Origin: Basidiobolus meristosporus CBS 931.73
Lineage: Eukaryota > Fungi > Basidiobolomycota
DNA: 64,000 nucleotides
Direction: 5' to 3'
NCBI GenBank assembly: GCA_002104905.1
Contig: MCFE01000365.1
Span: 1 to 64,000, forward strand
Part shown: piece by piece, positions 13,439-25,025 of the stretch
Layout of the letters: each line of letters opens with the position of its first letter
Numbering within the stretch: position 1 is the stretch's first letter
Position numbers and translations under genes: made by a program
The notes under the pieces: generated by a model
Seen by the model: only the letters and a program-made list of their open reading frames with translations
What the model was told of the DNA's origin: nothing
The model's database searches: none

Positions 13439-14134
13439 TGTTGTGCATCAACATTTAAAACTTAGCCAATTTTACTCCGTTTGAAAATCTAGTACCCTAA
13501 CTGATTTTCCCTAACCCAAACATAACAAATTCCAGTTACAGTTTATTTTATCCCACCTCAGAATCTATTTTTAGCTATGACACCTTATCTATTTTCAAAT
13601 GGTCATTACGTTATCAACCTATCTGCCAAGCCTCCCAGGTGATTAGTCATCTGAGATCTATCCAACCACTGTGCAGTTGCCAAGACATCAGTTGATTGAT
13701 GATGTAATTTTCATTTATCTTATGAACCTATGAACACCCAAATTGATTTCAATCAATCCAGTCCCTTGGTGCTTACTAATTCAACTTGATCAGAAAAGTA
13801 TAAATAAAGTTTACTGAACCTTTTGGTTTAGTGTGTGTCTCAACAAAATTAAGATTCTGTCTCAGCAAAAATAAGAATCCAACAATTCTGTTCTAGTTTC
13901 TATCCCAGCCTAGTATATGTAGCACTCCAAAGAACACCAAGCCTAGCCTGCCTAGCAAACAAATATCATTGTCTTTATAGCCAACCCAGCTATATCCAAG
14001 ACCAATATTAGATCAGAATCTTTCTGCTAATATTTCCGCCACTCTGTGACAATTTTAAGATTCTGCACTTAATTGTCCCTTTGGTTCAGTTAAACAATTC
14101 AAGAGTTTTATTACACTTTCTCTTGGATACAACA
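13439..14134 (+). repeat. 3' LTR of gypsy family A
   Basis: TGTTG...CAACA, 696 bp, follows the PPT; two further copies in the window. Confidence 0.92.
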
Positions 14135-14567
14135 TATACCAAACCATCAGCTAGGGACAAATTTCAATATATTAGGCCAAAATAGGACTAGTCAGTATGA
14201 GGATTTAGCTAAGTGGGAGTGTAGTAAAGATTGGTAATCCCACCTAAGTACTCCCCAAGCTTAGTTACTTCAATCACTACCTTCAAATGCTAGAGAATAC
14301 TGACCAAATTCCTAATTGGGATTTACTTAAAATATTCTTGTCAAAATACCAGGTATCCAGAAAATGAAAATACTCAAAGCTGTCCAAACAGCCACAACCT
14401 TTGCTCACATGTTTTTGGGACCTTAATAAACCTATTCAATATATTTGTTGTGCCAAAATCATGTAAAAGTGCTAATACTACTATTACATTCAATAAATCA
14501 TTAAGTGAAAACCATGTAATCTACTTGTCCTCCAAATCACTTCCAATGTCAGCTATCACTTACAACA
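14135..14567 (+). mobile_element. 3' end of inner copia family 1 copy (RNase H tail plus 3' LTR 14220-14567)
   Basis: TKP..RDKF tail, PPT AAGTGGGAG, LTR TGTAGTAAAG...CTTACAACA. Confidence 0.85.
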
Positions 14568-15386
14568 ACTCTGATGTTGATTGGGGACAAAGCCTGGAAG
14601 ACAGATGATCCACCACAACATATACTTCACTTCACTTCAAAGGAGCAATTTCATGGAATTCAAAAAGCAATCAACCATAGCACTTTGTGCCACAGAGGGA
14701 GACCATATGGCAGCCTGAGAAGCTACTAAAGAAGAAGTATGGCTACAACACCTTTTTCAGATTTAGGATTATGTAAAAAAATGCCCATACCTTTACAATA
14801 AGATAACCAAGGGTATATATAATCAGGTAGAAGTCCAACTTTTCATGCAAGAACCTGACATATATATATATTAGACATCATATTGTATGTGAAGCAATAG
14901 AGAGTAAATTTGTGAGCTTTTCAACAGTCCTATGGGTGAGATGATTGCTGACATATTACCAAAGCATTAGTTAGAGACAAATTTGAATATTTTATGTCAA
15001 AATTAGGACTAGTCAGTATGAGCATTTAGTAGAGCAGGGGTGTTGTAAAAGCTTGCAATTCCACCTAAATATTCACCTAATTTAGTTACTTAGATTGTCA
15101 CCTACAGGTCTTAGAGAACACAGACGAAGTTTGCTGTTGGGACTCTCTTGGAATATTTTCACAAAAAATATAAGGTACCAAAAACATGAAAACTCTCAAA
15201 GTTGTCCAAACAGCCCAAACTTTGCACAGATGTTCTTGAGACCTTCTTAAGCCTATGTTGTGTGTTTGCTATGCCTAGATCATGTAAAAGTATAAACACT
15301 ACTTTTTCATTTGATAAATCAGCAAGAAAACCACATAATCACCTGTACTCCCAATTACTTCCAGTACCTCCAAGACTCTGACAACA
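14568..15386 (+). mobile_element. Outer copia family 1 copy resumed (RNase H plus 3' LTR 15041-15386)
   Basis: Resumes at the (Y)SDVDWGQSLEDR*ST motif, exactly where the copy at 1-3389 broke off; LTR TGTTGTAAAA...GACAACA. Confidence 0.85.
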
Positions 15387-16624
15387 GTTACTATATCAGT
15401 AAATGTACAACCTTAGCCTATGCTTATCCAGTCTACATTGATGAGCCTCAGATAGTAAAGGAGGCCCTGATAGATCTTTGACAAGGCTTCAGAGATCTAG
15501 AATGACTGAGGAGTATCAGGCTCTGGTGGAAAATCAAATATAGGACTTGTTTAAGTTAACAATCAACTTAAATCAGCAGGATGCAGATGGGTTGCCAACA
15601 CATTATACAAAGCTGATGGTAAAAATGATATATAACAAGGAAGACTTATGGCCACTGCCTACTCTGAAACAACTGAACTGCACTACACTAAGACCTTTGC
15701 ACCAGTAGCCAAGCTTAATTCCAGCAGGTTACAAATGGCTATAGTTATTATTGCAGCTAAATATGAGTTTATGACTCATCATATGGGTGTAAAAAGGCTT
15801 TTTTGAATGTGAAACTTGATAAGGATTTGTATATAGACTAGCCTAAAGTTTAGACTGACCAAGAAGGCCCCTTATTGAGCTGTAGGGATAAAAAGTCACT
15901 ATATGGTTTCAGATATTCACTTGGAGCCTGGAATTGTAGATAGCTTTGAATGTAGAGTTCCTTGGCCCTCAGCTAGGTACTAGTGGCAGTGGTATCTATA
16001 ATAAGCTAAATAAAGCAAACCTGGCTCTGATTGCTCTATATGTGGATGAGCTTTTTGAAGCAATCAATAACCAAGAAAATTCTAAAGTGATTACCTCACC
16101 CCTATCTATGAAGTCCAAACAGCCAATCTAGGAAAGAACAGTTGCTGGTTACAAATACACTTTCACATCAAGAGTGATGCGCAGACTATTATCTCAGGAC
16201 AGCCTAAGTAGATTTAAATATACTATGGAAGTACAAAGTGGCAGACTGAAAACTGGCAGCTACCTCTATGGAGACAAAAATTAACTTGGTCAAAGCTAAA
16301 CCTAATCAAGTCCAATTGGTACTCTCTGCAAGCCCAGGCTTCTCTCACCAATATGCAGTCAGCAATTTGACACATATTGTGTTAGGAACATTTCCAGAAA
16401 TCTCATGCTTAGTGGGAGTTGTCAGCCAGAATAATCAGAACTGTGGATCAGTTCATATTTCAGCAGTTCAGCAGATACCTAGATACTTATAAGTCCATGC
16501 TTTCATGCTTAAACTAAGCACAACAGTTATTGATATGGCTTGATATGGGGAGCTGTAGAGAATAAGTTAGCCGTCTGGTTTACTATCCTACAGGTGAAAT
16601 GTTAGCAGACATATTTACTAAACC
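15387..16624 (+). mobile_element. Older, highly degenerate copia RT/RNase H fragment
   Basis: DEPQIVKEAL, EEYQALVENQ, LYVDELF, EMLADIFTKP remnants. Confidence 0.75.
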
Positions 16625-16961
16625 TGAGTTTGTTGCACCTTCATGCTCACCTTGGCCTTCTAAATATGGCACTGAGAGTGATAGCTCTGAAGAAGAAGGC
16701 TCACTAGTGGATTGACAGCCTATCTCACCCAATAACAATACCTGGTATGAGCCTGGCAAAATCCCTGTATGCAATGAAACAACACTCATGTATAAAGTGG
16801 CAAGGAAACCTTATGGAGCCAAGTGAGCCCAGGAATCCAGCTACTGGTGAATAATGCAATACTGTGGCTAGAGAAGTGGCATGTTTCCACAAACATCACT
16901 AATAGGGGCCTTGAGGACATACTCCCACATCTTGCCAAAAGTATTCCAGGATTCAACTTAG
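16625..16961 (+). mobile_element. Fragment of CACTA-like transposase 5' region
   Basis: Homologous to 39350-39680 (+) and to 6650-6990 (-). Confidence 0.75.
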
Positions 16962-16962
16962 C

Positions 16963-19223
16963 CCCTATGATAAATTATTGAGATGATCCCATCAAAAGGC
17001 CATCTCAAGGTTAATGTCCTGTGACTAAGAGGTACTGATCTTGTCAGGACACCATCCAGAGACCGCTGAAAAATAATTGCACCCCAGATTTCACAAAAAA
17101 CTTTTTCAAAATTTTTCATCACAACAATGTATAAGTGGCTTTTGATTGGTTCCCTGCCAATTTGCTCACTTTCTGATCCCAGACACTCTATCACCTCCTA
17201 TGTTTGTGTGAATTGATTGGCTATTACCTCTTCTCACACTCCTTGCTTCCTGACTCAACTGTTTCTCTTACTTTTCATGCATTTGAGCTGATTTATTTCC
17301 ATTGAAACTTCAGTTGTATCTCAATTGCCAATTGTATTGACCAATACAAGTCTCTATACCCTACACTAACATTAAGCCCAACCCCACATTCAACAAGTAA
17401 CTCCATTAGAATCCACCACTCAATAAGTATTTCTGCTGTAACGCTCTGGTTGCACAACTTTGGCAGGAACCCAACAGCTTTATGCCACTGTTCATTCACT
17501 GGTTCCCACACATCCTGGTCTTCAGCCGGCACTGCATGGTTTAGCACCTCATCTACCAGTCTTTGCAATAAATCCTTACAATATTTCAGTGCGTTTTCTT
17601 GAGCACTGCTCTTGAAGAAGTGCTGCAACCTCTTGGTGTGCCTATTAATGTTCCAAAACTCCACTGAAGGCATTATGATAGTCTTTCAAGCTCATGATGT
17701 TGTAGCCTTGTCTGTCAGTGGGATCTCCACTCTTGCAACAATGGAGGCTGTGGCAGACAAAGTTGCCTTTTTCAGCAAACTCATCTACCTTGCTGGAGTG
17801 TAGCTCAACTGGCTGCGCTTCCGACTCTTGTGAAAACAGCTGTTTTTTTGTGGGTAATTCTTCTTGGCTATGATGGGATTCAGTATGTTCCTGGTTGTGG
17901 TGTTTATTGGCAATAACTGCAGTTTTTTTTGTATGCCTCCCTGTGTCAGGCTTGGGTAGACTTTTTTCCCTTTACCTTTTTCTTTATTACTGCCCGGTCT
18001 TTCACTACTACTTTGTCTGAGCGCTACTTGTAAATTACTATGTTTTCTCCTGGATAAATTCTGCTCTGATGCATCTGTTTTGCCCTGCTTGTACCTTGCT
18101 GGCATTCTTCTGGTAACCTGACGTTTCTTTTCAGCTTGTTTTGAGCTCTCAACCATAGTTGTGACGGGCTCCTGTGAAAGCTGTTGGTTTTTATCACTGC
18201 CAGGTCCTTCACTGCTACTTTGACTGGGTGCTTCTTGAGTGGTACTACGCTTTTTCCATGATAAATGTTGTGCTGGTGCATCCATGTTTGCCTGCTTGTC
18301 CTTAATTGGCACTCTTCTAGCTGCCTGACAACTCTTTGATGCTAGTCTGGAGCTCTTGGCCCTGCTTGTAACAGGCTCTTGAGGAAGCCGCTGGTTTTTA
18401 GTTATGGCACCCTTGTTCTTCTGCCTTTGATAGCTTCTGCTACTCTTAAGATACTTTCTTTGCATACCATTGCTGGCCCAAAATCTGTTTGCCCATTAGA
18501 ATCCAGGATAATGCTCATGGAACAAGCCAAGTGCATTTTGCTTGGCCTTGAGTTCCTGATGGTCCCATGGTATGCTGGCCTTAAGGTGATGGCATGCTAG
18601 ACTTCTGATGGCCTCTTGTATATTAGCCCACTCTTCATTATTGCACTCAACGGCTTCACAGATCTTCAATGTCTTTTGATTTTTAGGCTTTGGTAAAAAC
18701 ACCATATTGTCTCCCTCACACTCTGTGATAGGTTTTTCTGTGGGCTTTATTTTTGGGCACTGCTGTTGTGCTTCAAAGACTGTATGGTGTTCCTCTGCTG
18801 TTACATTGGGAAATGGCTCAATTCTTGGCTGTGACATTGAGCTACTTGAGTTCCTTCTTTGCAGCAAAGATACTGCTTTCTCTACCTGGGATATTGATTG
18901 CTCTACACGTATTATCCGCTCATCCTGTTTCTGCACTACTTCCTGATTTCTCTGGGCCATTGCATCTATCCTATCAGCCACTGCACCTAATTGCCTCATT
19001 AATGCTTTGGTATGAGCTGACAACATACTTGCTAATATGGGTGGTGGTGATGTTATCATGGCCACTTGCTGATCGTCAACAGAGGGTACTGCGTTTGTTG
19101 CATTCTCATCTGCCTGAGCATAATGGTCAGCTTGTGGCTCTGCAGAGGTTCTCAATTGCCTACTTAACTGAAGGCCTGAGGAGTCTGCATTATTACCTTC
19201 AATGGGCACACTGTCCACAGGGC
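16963..19223 (-). mobile_element. CACTA-like copy 2, ORF2-side half with terminus
   Basis: Terminus CCCTATGATAAATTATTG at 16963; reverse-complement homolog of 60770-63036. Confidence 0.85.
17293..19218 (-). pseudogene. CACTA-like accessory ORF2 (coiled-coil, putative DNA-binding and low-complexity regions)
   Basis: ORF pieces 18496-19218, 17785-18465, 17293-17673; motif ASIPWDHQELKAKQ..F...YP.F..ANRFWAS; no named domain recognised. Confidence 0.6.
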
Positions 19224-20080
19224 AGTTGTTTTGACTTTGGAAGCTTTAGTACATTGGACTTGTTCCATCATTCCAGCTGATTGTAGTGCCCAATAGTGCC
19301 ATAGCATGCCAGATGGTGCCTGATCATGCCACAGAGTGCCAGATGGTGCCATACAGTGCCAATTTGGGATCAAAATTGACATGCATATGACCCTAAAATA
19401 TCAAGTTAATAACAAAATATACAGCACTATCTGGCACTATGATCAATGGCACAATGGAACAAGTCTATTGTCATCTGAAAGGATGCTGAACCCAGCACAT
19501 ACTTTTGTTAAGATGCCAACTAAGTTGGGGATTGTAGCTCAATAGTTTTCCCTTGACAAGCTTGTGGCTTTATTCCCCTTCACATTAGATTAGAGACAGA
19601 ACCCAAGTATTCCTTGCAAGCTTTTGCCAGAGGTTATTGCCCCAGTGAACGCCCCACACACAAACACTTGAGAAGTGTTGGACATATATCTCCCTTGGAC
19701 TTATACACCACCACATATTTGACACCTAATGTGGGGGGTTCATACAAGCTCCCTAGGACCCAACAAGATTTACCTGAAGATTTGAGTCATCATCCACTTA
19801 TTGAAAAGTGACTACCAATATTATCAAGATTACAATAACAACCTACCTACCCAAGATGAACCCTATGCCTGTTAGGATACCAACTAAGTTGGGGATTGTA
19901 GCTCAATAGTTTTCCCTTGACAAGCTTGTGACTTTATTGTCCATCACATTTGATTAGAGACAGAACACAAGTACTCCTAGCAAACTTTTGCCAGAGGTTA
20001 CTGCACCCAGTGAACACCCTACACAAAAGACACTTGAGAAGTGTTGGACATATCTCTCCCTTGGACTTATACACCACCAC
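19224..20080 (+). repeat. Gypsy family D 5' leader fragments, partly tandem-duplicated
   Basis: 19224-19872 (minus the MITE) matches 56911-57343; second partial unit at 19873-20080. Confidence 0.85.
19256..19466. mobile_element. 211-bp MITE of the PHIS family
   Basis: TIR (G/A)GACTTGTTCCAT; ATT duplicated on both sides; empty site GTACATTGTCATC visible at ~56936. Confidence 0.9.
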
Positions 20081-20081
20081 A

Positions 20082-21139
20082 ATGACATCATCTGACATTA
20101 TAACTTCAACCATAATGCCAGTGGTAGGATTTAGTAACTGATAATTTTATTTAATCTTACTTATGTTGCGCAGAATAGTGTTTTCCTTGCTTTATTTGCT
20201 CTTCATAATGCTCCAGAAACACTTCTCTCAGTGGATGTCTTCTTCTTTGAATATACTGTGCACCGATAAATATCATGACTATTTTACCTATTCTGCTGTT
20301 TTCTCCTATACATGACTTTCCTCTATGGTTACCGGCCAGTATGCTGGATCTCTTTAGCTATCCTAATATATGCTCCACCCTCACTCTGAAATGATTAAAT
20401 ATCTCATTGTAGGGCTTCTGCTTCCTGCCAAGCACACCATTCCTTGGCTTCCTATGTGCTGTAATACATCCTCATCTCAGACAATCCTCTCCTATAAAGG
20501 CTAAGTCTCCCATACATTTCTCCCCTCTACTGAATTCTGGATGATTCCCTACCCAGAGTACTTTGTCATGCCTACTTCCAGCAAATGGCCCACTAAACCA
20601 GATGTTGTTACCTGCAATGTCAGACAGTGCTTGAAGCTTCACACAGTGTGCCTTGCACTTGCCAGAATCAGAGTGCCTCTGCCCTCTTGAAGGTCTGATA
20701 ATCTTGACTGGGAATGTATCCAAAATGCTTCATATATGGAACCTATTGCTGAACACTCTGGGATATGGATGTCTATTGGAGCTTTTGATCCTAGTATTCC
20801 AAGCTTGCTCTAAGTCATTCATACACTCTGCATGGTGGTTCTCCATTGCTGTCAGCTGAGAATGAAAGCTTTTAGGACATTTTTGCCATGGATGGTGGGA
20901 TGAGACCTTGCGGGGCAATAGTTCTTGTAATAGAACAAAAGCTCAACAAAGGATCTCCTTGAGTAGATTGGGGTAGATGGTTCACAGTACTTGGTATTGA
21001 TCTCCTCTAGTGTGTCAAAAGGAAATCCAGTGGTGATGATGGGATTGATGAGAAAAACCCATTCAGATGAGTAAGTCATATTACAGTTAGTAGGTCATTG
21101 GGCAGAGGTGTATTGATTTGATTTGGCGCAATATACTTT
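20082..21139 (-). mobile_element. PHIS family copy 0, transposase half (degenerate)
   Basis: MTYSSEWVFLINPIITTGFPFD... and DTFPVKIIRPSRGQ..SGKCKAHCVKLQALSD..GSRHD pieces. Confidence 0.85.
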
Positions 21140-21882
21140 AGACTTGTTCCATTGTACCGTGCCAGGGCACACGGCACAATCTGCGGTTGTAAAAAACAAT
21201 CAGGTGCAATAATATAACTGCCAGTAGGCAGGATTGTATTTGGACCATTTTGCACTATGTGGGACAATCTTGCACACTATGGCACAATCTGACACAATGA
21301 GGTTGGCGTGTATGATTGCACCAACTTGTAATGTTTGCATCATGTGCTCAAGTGGATATTGCTATTACGGCAAGTAAAATCCGGTATTTGGAAATGTGTC
21401 TTTAGTGTAAATGGAAATAAATGTGTATCACACTATAAACTACACTGATACTTGCCATTTGGGTTACCATCACTCCAATTAGACAGTATCTCAGTGGTTA
21501 ATTGGTCAAAAAGTATCCTGAAGCTGGCAGCCCCCAATTGGCTCATTGACTGCTGAAAAAGCTACCTGATTTGCCATCAAATATCCCATTTTACCCATTG
21601 AGCAAGTAAATCCCTGATCTTAGTGATTGGACAAGGTGTCATAGCTAGCACACAAGCAATTGTGTAGGTGCAAAACAGATCCAATAGCTGCACTGGTATT
21701 ACAGATGACGTATATATATGTAGGGTGTTTATTTATAGGGGTTCTGTCTCAAATGTGAGACAACCTTGATATTACTTATATTAAAAATTTGATGATCACT
21801 GATTTGCAATGGCTCAATTCGGATTGCAAAAAAAAAGGGTGGTCAGGATCATTACAAATGTGAGCAATTCAAAGCAATCGCA

Positions 21883-23184
21883 TCATCTTCTCCTGGGTTT
21901 TTTTCTCACAGGGATTACTGCTGAAGCATCTGGTAGTGACTTACTTTGCCCACCTATACTACTTCCTGGCTGACTATCATCATGGCTACTTGTGTATTTG
22001 TACTCAGTATGTTGCCTCCTAGTTGATGAGTGCAATGCTGCAGCTTTGCCGTGCTGAATTGCTCCGACTGAACCAACTGCACTGGCCTGTAGTGCCACAT
22101 GCTGACGCGTTCTTTTACTTGCCAAGGGCTCCGGTGGTTGAGGCACTTCATGTTGGTCATCATCAGTCAGTTCACCAGAAGTAACTTGCTGATGGTCAGG
22201 CAAAACGGAACACGCAGGCGCGCCTTGACGCGTTGAGATGGCCCTTGGCTGAGTTTGATGTGATGCCGCATGTTGTTGCGACTTGGTCCGCTCCAATGGA
22301 CTTGTGTCTAAATGAGCAGTTTGGCAAGTTCTCGTAGTTTTGCTCTGAAGCACGCACGTTGACTCAATGCGCGTTGACTTGACGTGGGGCGTTCTGGTAA
22401 AGGATGTTGGCGTGGTCTGGACTGACATGCGCCGGCGCGCTGTGGTTGCAAGAGATGGTAGGGAATCCAGGAAGGCGTGCTGGCGTGATCTGGACAATGT
22501 TGCTTGTGGTCTGTATTCTTCCTCCTGAAGCTCACCATCTGATTCCTCAAGGTATTCACTTACCCTCTGTCTGATACTTTAGAGCTGTTGCCTGGATGAG
22601 TGCTGTGTATATTGCTCTTGGAAGCCACTTAGCTCTACTAATATATCACAAAGTACATTAGGCATTTGAGGCAAAAACTCATTCAAAATCTCTTTGGTTC
22701 CCAAAGTTGAGGTACAAACGGACACGTCCGGCCCGTACTGTGCAAATTGCGCGCAAAATTGTTCCCGCGCGGCTTCTTTGTCAAATCCCCTCACTCTCAG
22801 CTCATTCTTGATTTCAATACTTGTCTTGTTATATATCTTTTTACATACATTGGCTGGCATCTTGATGTAGAACTCATGCCACAGCTTTCTACTCAAATTC
22901 TTCTAACTTTGTTGACTCTCTGAGGTATCTAGTTCTGCTAGATTAATCAGTAGTGCCCAAATATCTGTATGAAGGCTCATCATAGACACTTGGGCCATAC
23001 TAAAAGCATTTGGCAAGAACTTGAACGGATCCAACATAGACTTCTCCGGTCTGGACCATGCTTGTGAGCTGGGGGATGGGTTTTGTCTGGGTTGTACTAA
23101 AGATGAGTTGAGGCTTGGTATGGGGACCATAGCAACGGATTTGGATACTGATACAGCAGTAAACTGACAGCAATGGAGAACCAC
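21883..23184 (-). pseudogene. PHIS accessory ORF2, putative Myb/SANT (MADF-like) DNA-binding protein
   Basis: Intact in copy 2 as DIWALLINLAELETSESQQRWKNLSR (W-x17-W-x-NL, MADF-like spacing); the second W is a stop in this copy; low-complexity S/Q/R-rich C-terminus. Confidence 0.55.
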
Positions 23185-23814
23185 CTTGCAGAGGGTATGA
23201 ATGACTTAGAGCAAGCTTGGAATACTAGGTTCAGAAGCTCCAATAGACTTCCATAACCCAGAGTGTTCAGCAACAGGTTCCATATCAGGAGTATTTTGGA
23301 TACCTTCCCAGTGAGGATTAACAGACCTTCTAGAGGGCAGAGGCACTTTTATTCTGGCAAGTACAAGGCACACTGTGTGAAGTTTCAAGCACTGTCTGAC
23401 ATTGAGGGTAACATCATTTGGTTTAGTGGGCCATTTGCTGGAAGTAGGCATGACAAAGCACTCTGGGTAGAGAATCATCCTGAATTCATTAGAGGGGAGA
23501 AATGTATGGCAGACTTAGCCTATATAGGAGAGGATTGTCAGAGATTAGGATGTATTACAGCTTATAGGAAGCCGAGGAATGGTGTGCTTAGCAGGAAGCA
23601 GAAGCTCTACAATGAGATATTTAATCATTTCAGAGTGAGGGTAGAGCACACATTTGGATATCTGAAGAGATTCAGCATATTGGCAGGTAAATACAGAGGA
23701 AAGTCATATATAGGTGAAAACAGCAGAATAGGTAAAATAGTTAAGATACTTATTAATGCGCAGTATACTCATACAAGAAGACATCCACTGAGAGAAATGT
23801 ATGGAGCATTATGA
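23173..23814 (+). pseudogene. DDE_Tnp_4-like transposase, N-terminally deleted, one early stop
   Basis: ILDTFPVRINRPS..QRHFYSGKYKAHCVKFQ..G.IIWFSGPFAGSRHD, MADLAYIG, RVRVEHTFGYLKRFSIL. Confidence 0.9.
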
Positions 23815-24557
23815 AGAGTAAATAAAGCAAGGAAAGCACTATTCTGAGCAACATAAGTAAGATTGAGTAAAATTACCGGTAACTGTATCATACCACTGGC
23901 ATCATAGTAGAAATTATAGTGCCAGATAGTGCCGTAGAGTGCCAGATTGATCTGGCACCATAAACAGGCTGGTACTATGTGGCACTATCAAACAGAACAA
24001 GTCTATTGACTACTAAACAAGCTACCTGATTTGCCATCAAATATCCCATTTTGCCCATTGAGCAAGTAAATCCCTGATCCTAGTGATTGGACGTGGTGTC
24101 ATAGCTAGCATGCAAGCAATTGGGTAGGTGCAAAACAGATCCAATAGCTGCACTGGTATTACAGATGACATTTATATATGCAGGGTGTTTATTTATAGGG
24201 GTTGTGTTGCAAATGTGAGACAATTTTTGTTATTACTTATATCAAAAATTTGATGATCACTGATTTGCAATGGCTCAATTTGGATTGCAAAAAAAAAGGG
24301 CTGTTGGGATCATTACAAATGTGAGCAATTCAAAGCTATTGTATCATCTTCTCCTGGGTTTTTTTCTCATAGGGATTACTACTGAAGCATTTGGTAGCAA
24401 CTCACTTTGCACACCTATACTACTGCCTGGCTGACTATCATCTTGGATACTTGTGTATTTGTTGTCATTATTTTGCCTCCTAGTTGATGAGTGCAATACT
24501 GCAGCTTGGCCACACTGAATTGCTCTGACTAAACCAACTAAACCAGCCTGGAGTGCC

Positions 24558-25025
24558 TGTTATGAATAGACACAAGGCAGGAGGAAAAGCTAGGCATGGC
24601 AGGAAAGGACTTAGGTGTGGACCATCAAGGCAAGGCAGGATTCAAGGCAAGGCTGTTTATTCAAGACCTGTGTTTATCAGACTGAGGAATACTTAAGGGG
24701 GGATAGGACTATATATACTTTTTGGCTATACTGATGCCAAGAGATATTAGCTAATACTAATGGGGTTGTGGGGTGAGGCACAGCAATGGTGCTGGGGATA
24801 ATGACATAGATGACACGGCACTGAGACAGGATGGGGAAATGGATTGGGTCACCTGATCATGTGAATAAGTCATGTGACCTGGTATTTCCATATATAGTGC
24901 TGGACTTTGGAATGGTCAGGAACTTTCTGGAAGGTGGTAGAAGGTTCCAGAAGGAATCTCTTAGAAATTGAGCTAGGAAGCTGAAACTTGGCATGGGTGT
25001 TCATGGTTGTCATGTGATCATGACA
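24558..25025 (-). repeat. 3' LTR of gypsy B (468 bp)
   Basis: TGTCATG...CATAACA; near-identical to 29885-30405 apart from a 53-bp gap. Confidence 0.95.

Larger units (their letters stand above)
9160..14134 (+). mobile_element. Ty3/gypsy chromovirus family A, 5'-truncated
   Basis: gag with CFKCGNMGHRSPAC knuckle, LLDTGSS protease, FVDDVII RT, TDASNVG RNase H, integrase (IDLAGPF, GPFKV), chromodomain YEVEAIVDH...YLVKWKGYD...TWEP; PPT GGAAGGAAGTGA then LTR. Confidence 0.95.
21140..24004 (+). mobile_element. PHIS (PIF/Harbinger-like) copy 1, TIR to TIR, with an internal deletion
   Basis: AGACTTGTTCCATTG at 21140; AACAGAACAAGTCT ending at 24004; about 420 bp of the shared promoter region missing relative to copy 2. 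Confidence 0.85.

Noticed and set aside
19281-19360. Regular short repeats as a possible CRISPR or minisatellite
   Set aside because: 5-bp motif in 10-bp units inside a TIR-bounded MITE; no repeat-spacer architecture and no cas genes
21883-22497. 204-aa S/T/Q/R-rich ORF, and 17785-18465, as possible host genes
   Set aside because: Both are the low-complexity C-terminal parts of transposon accessory ORFs present in several decayed copies
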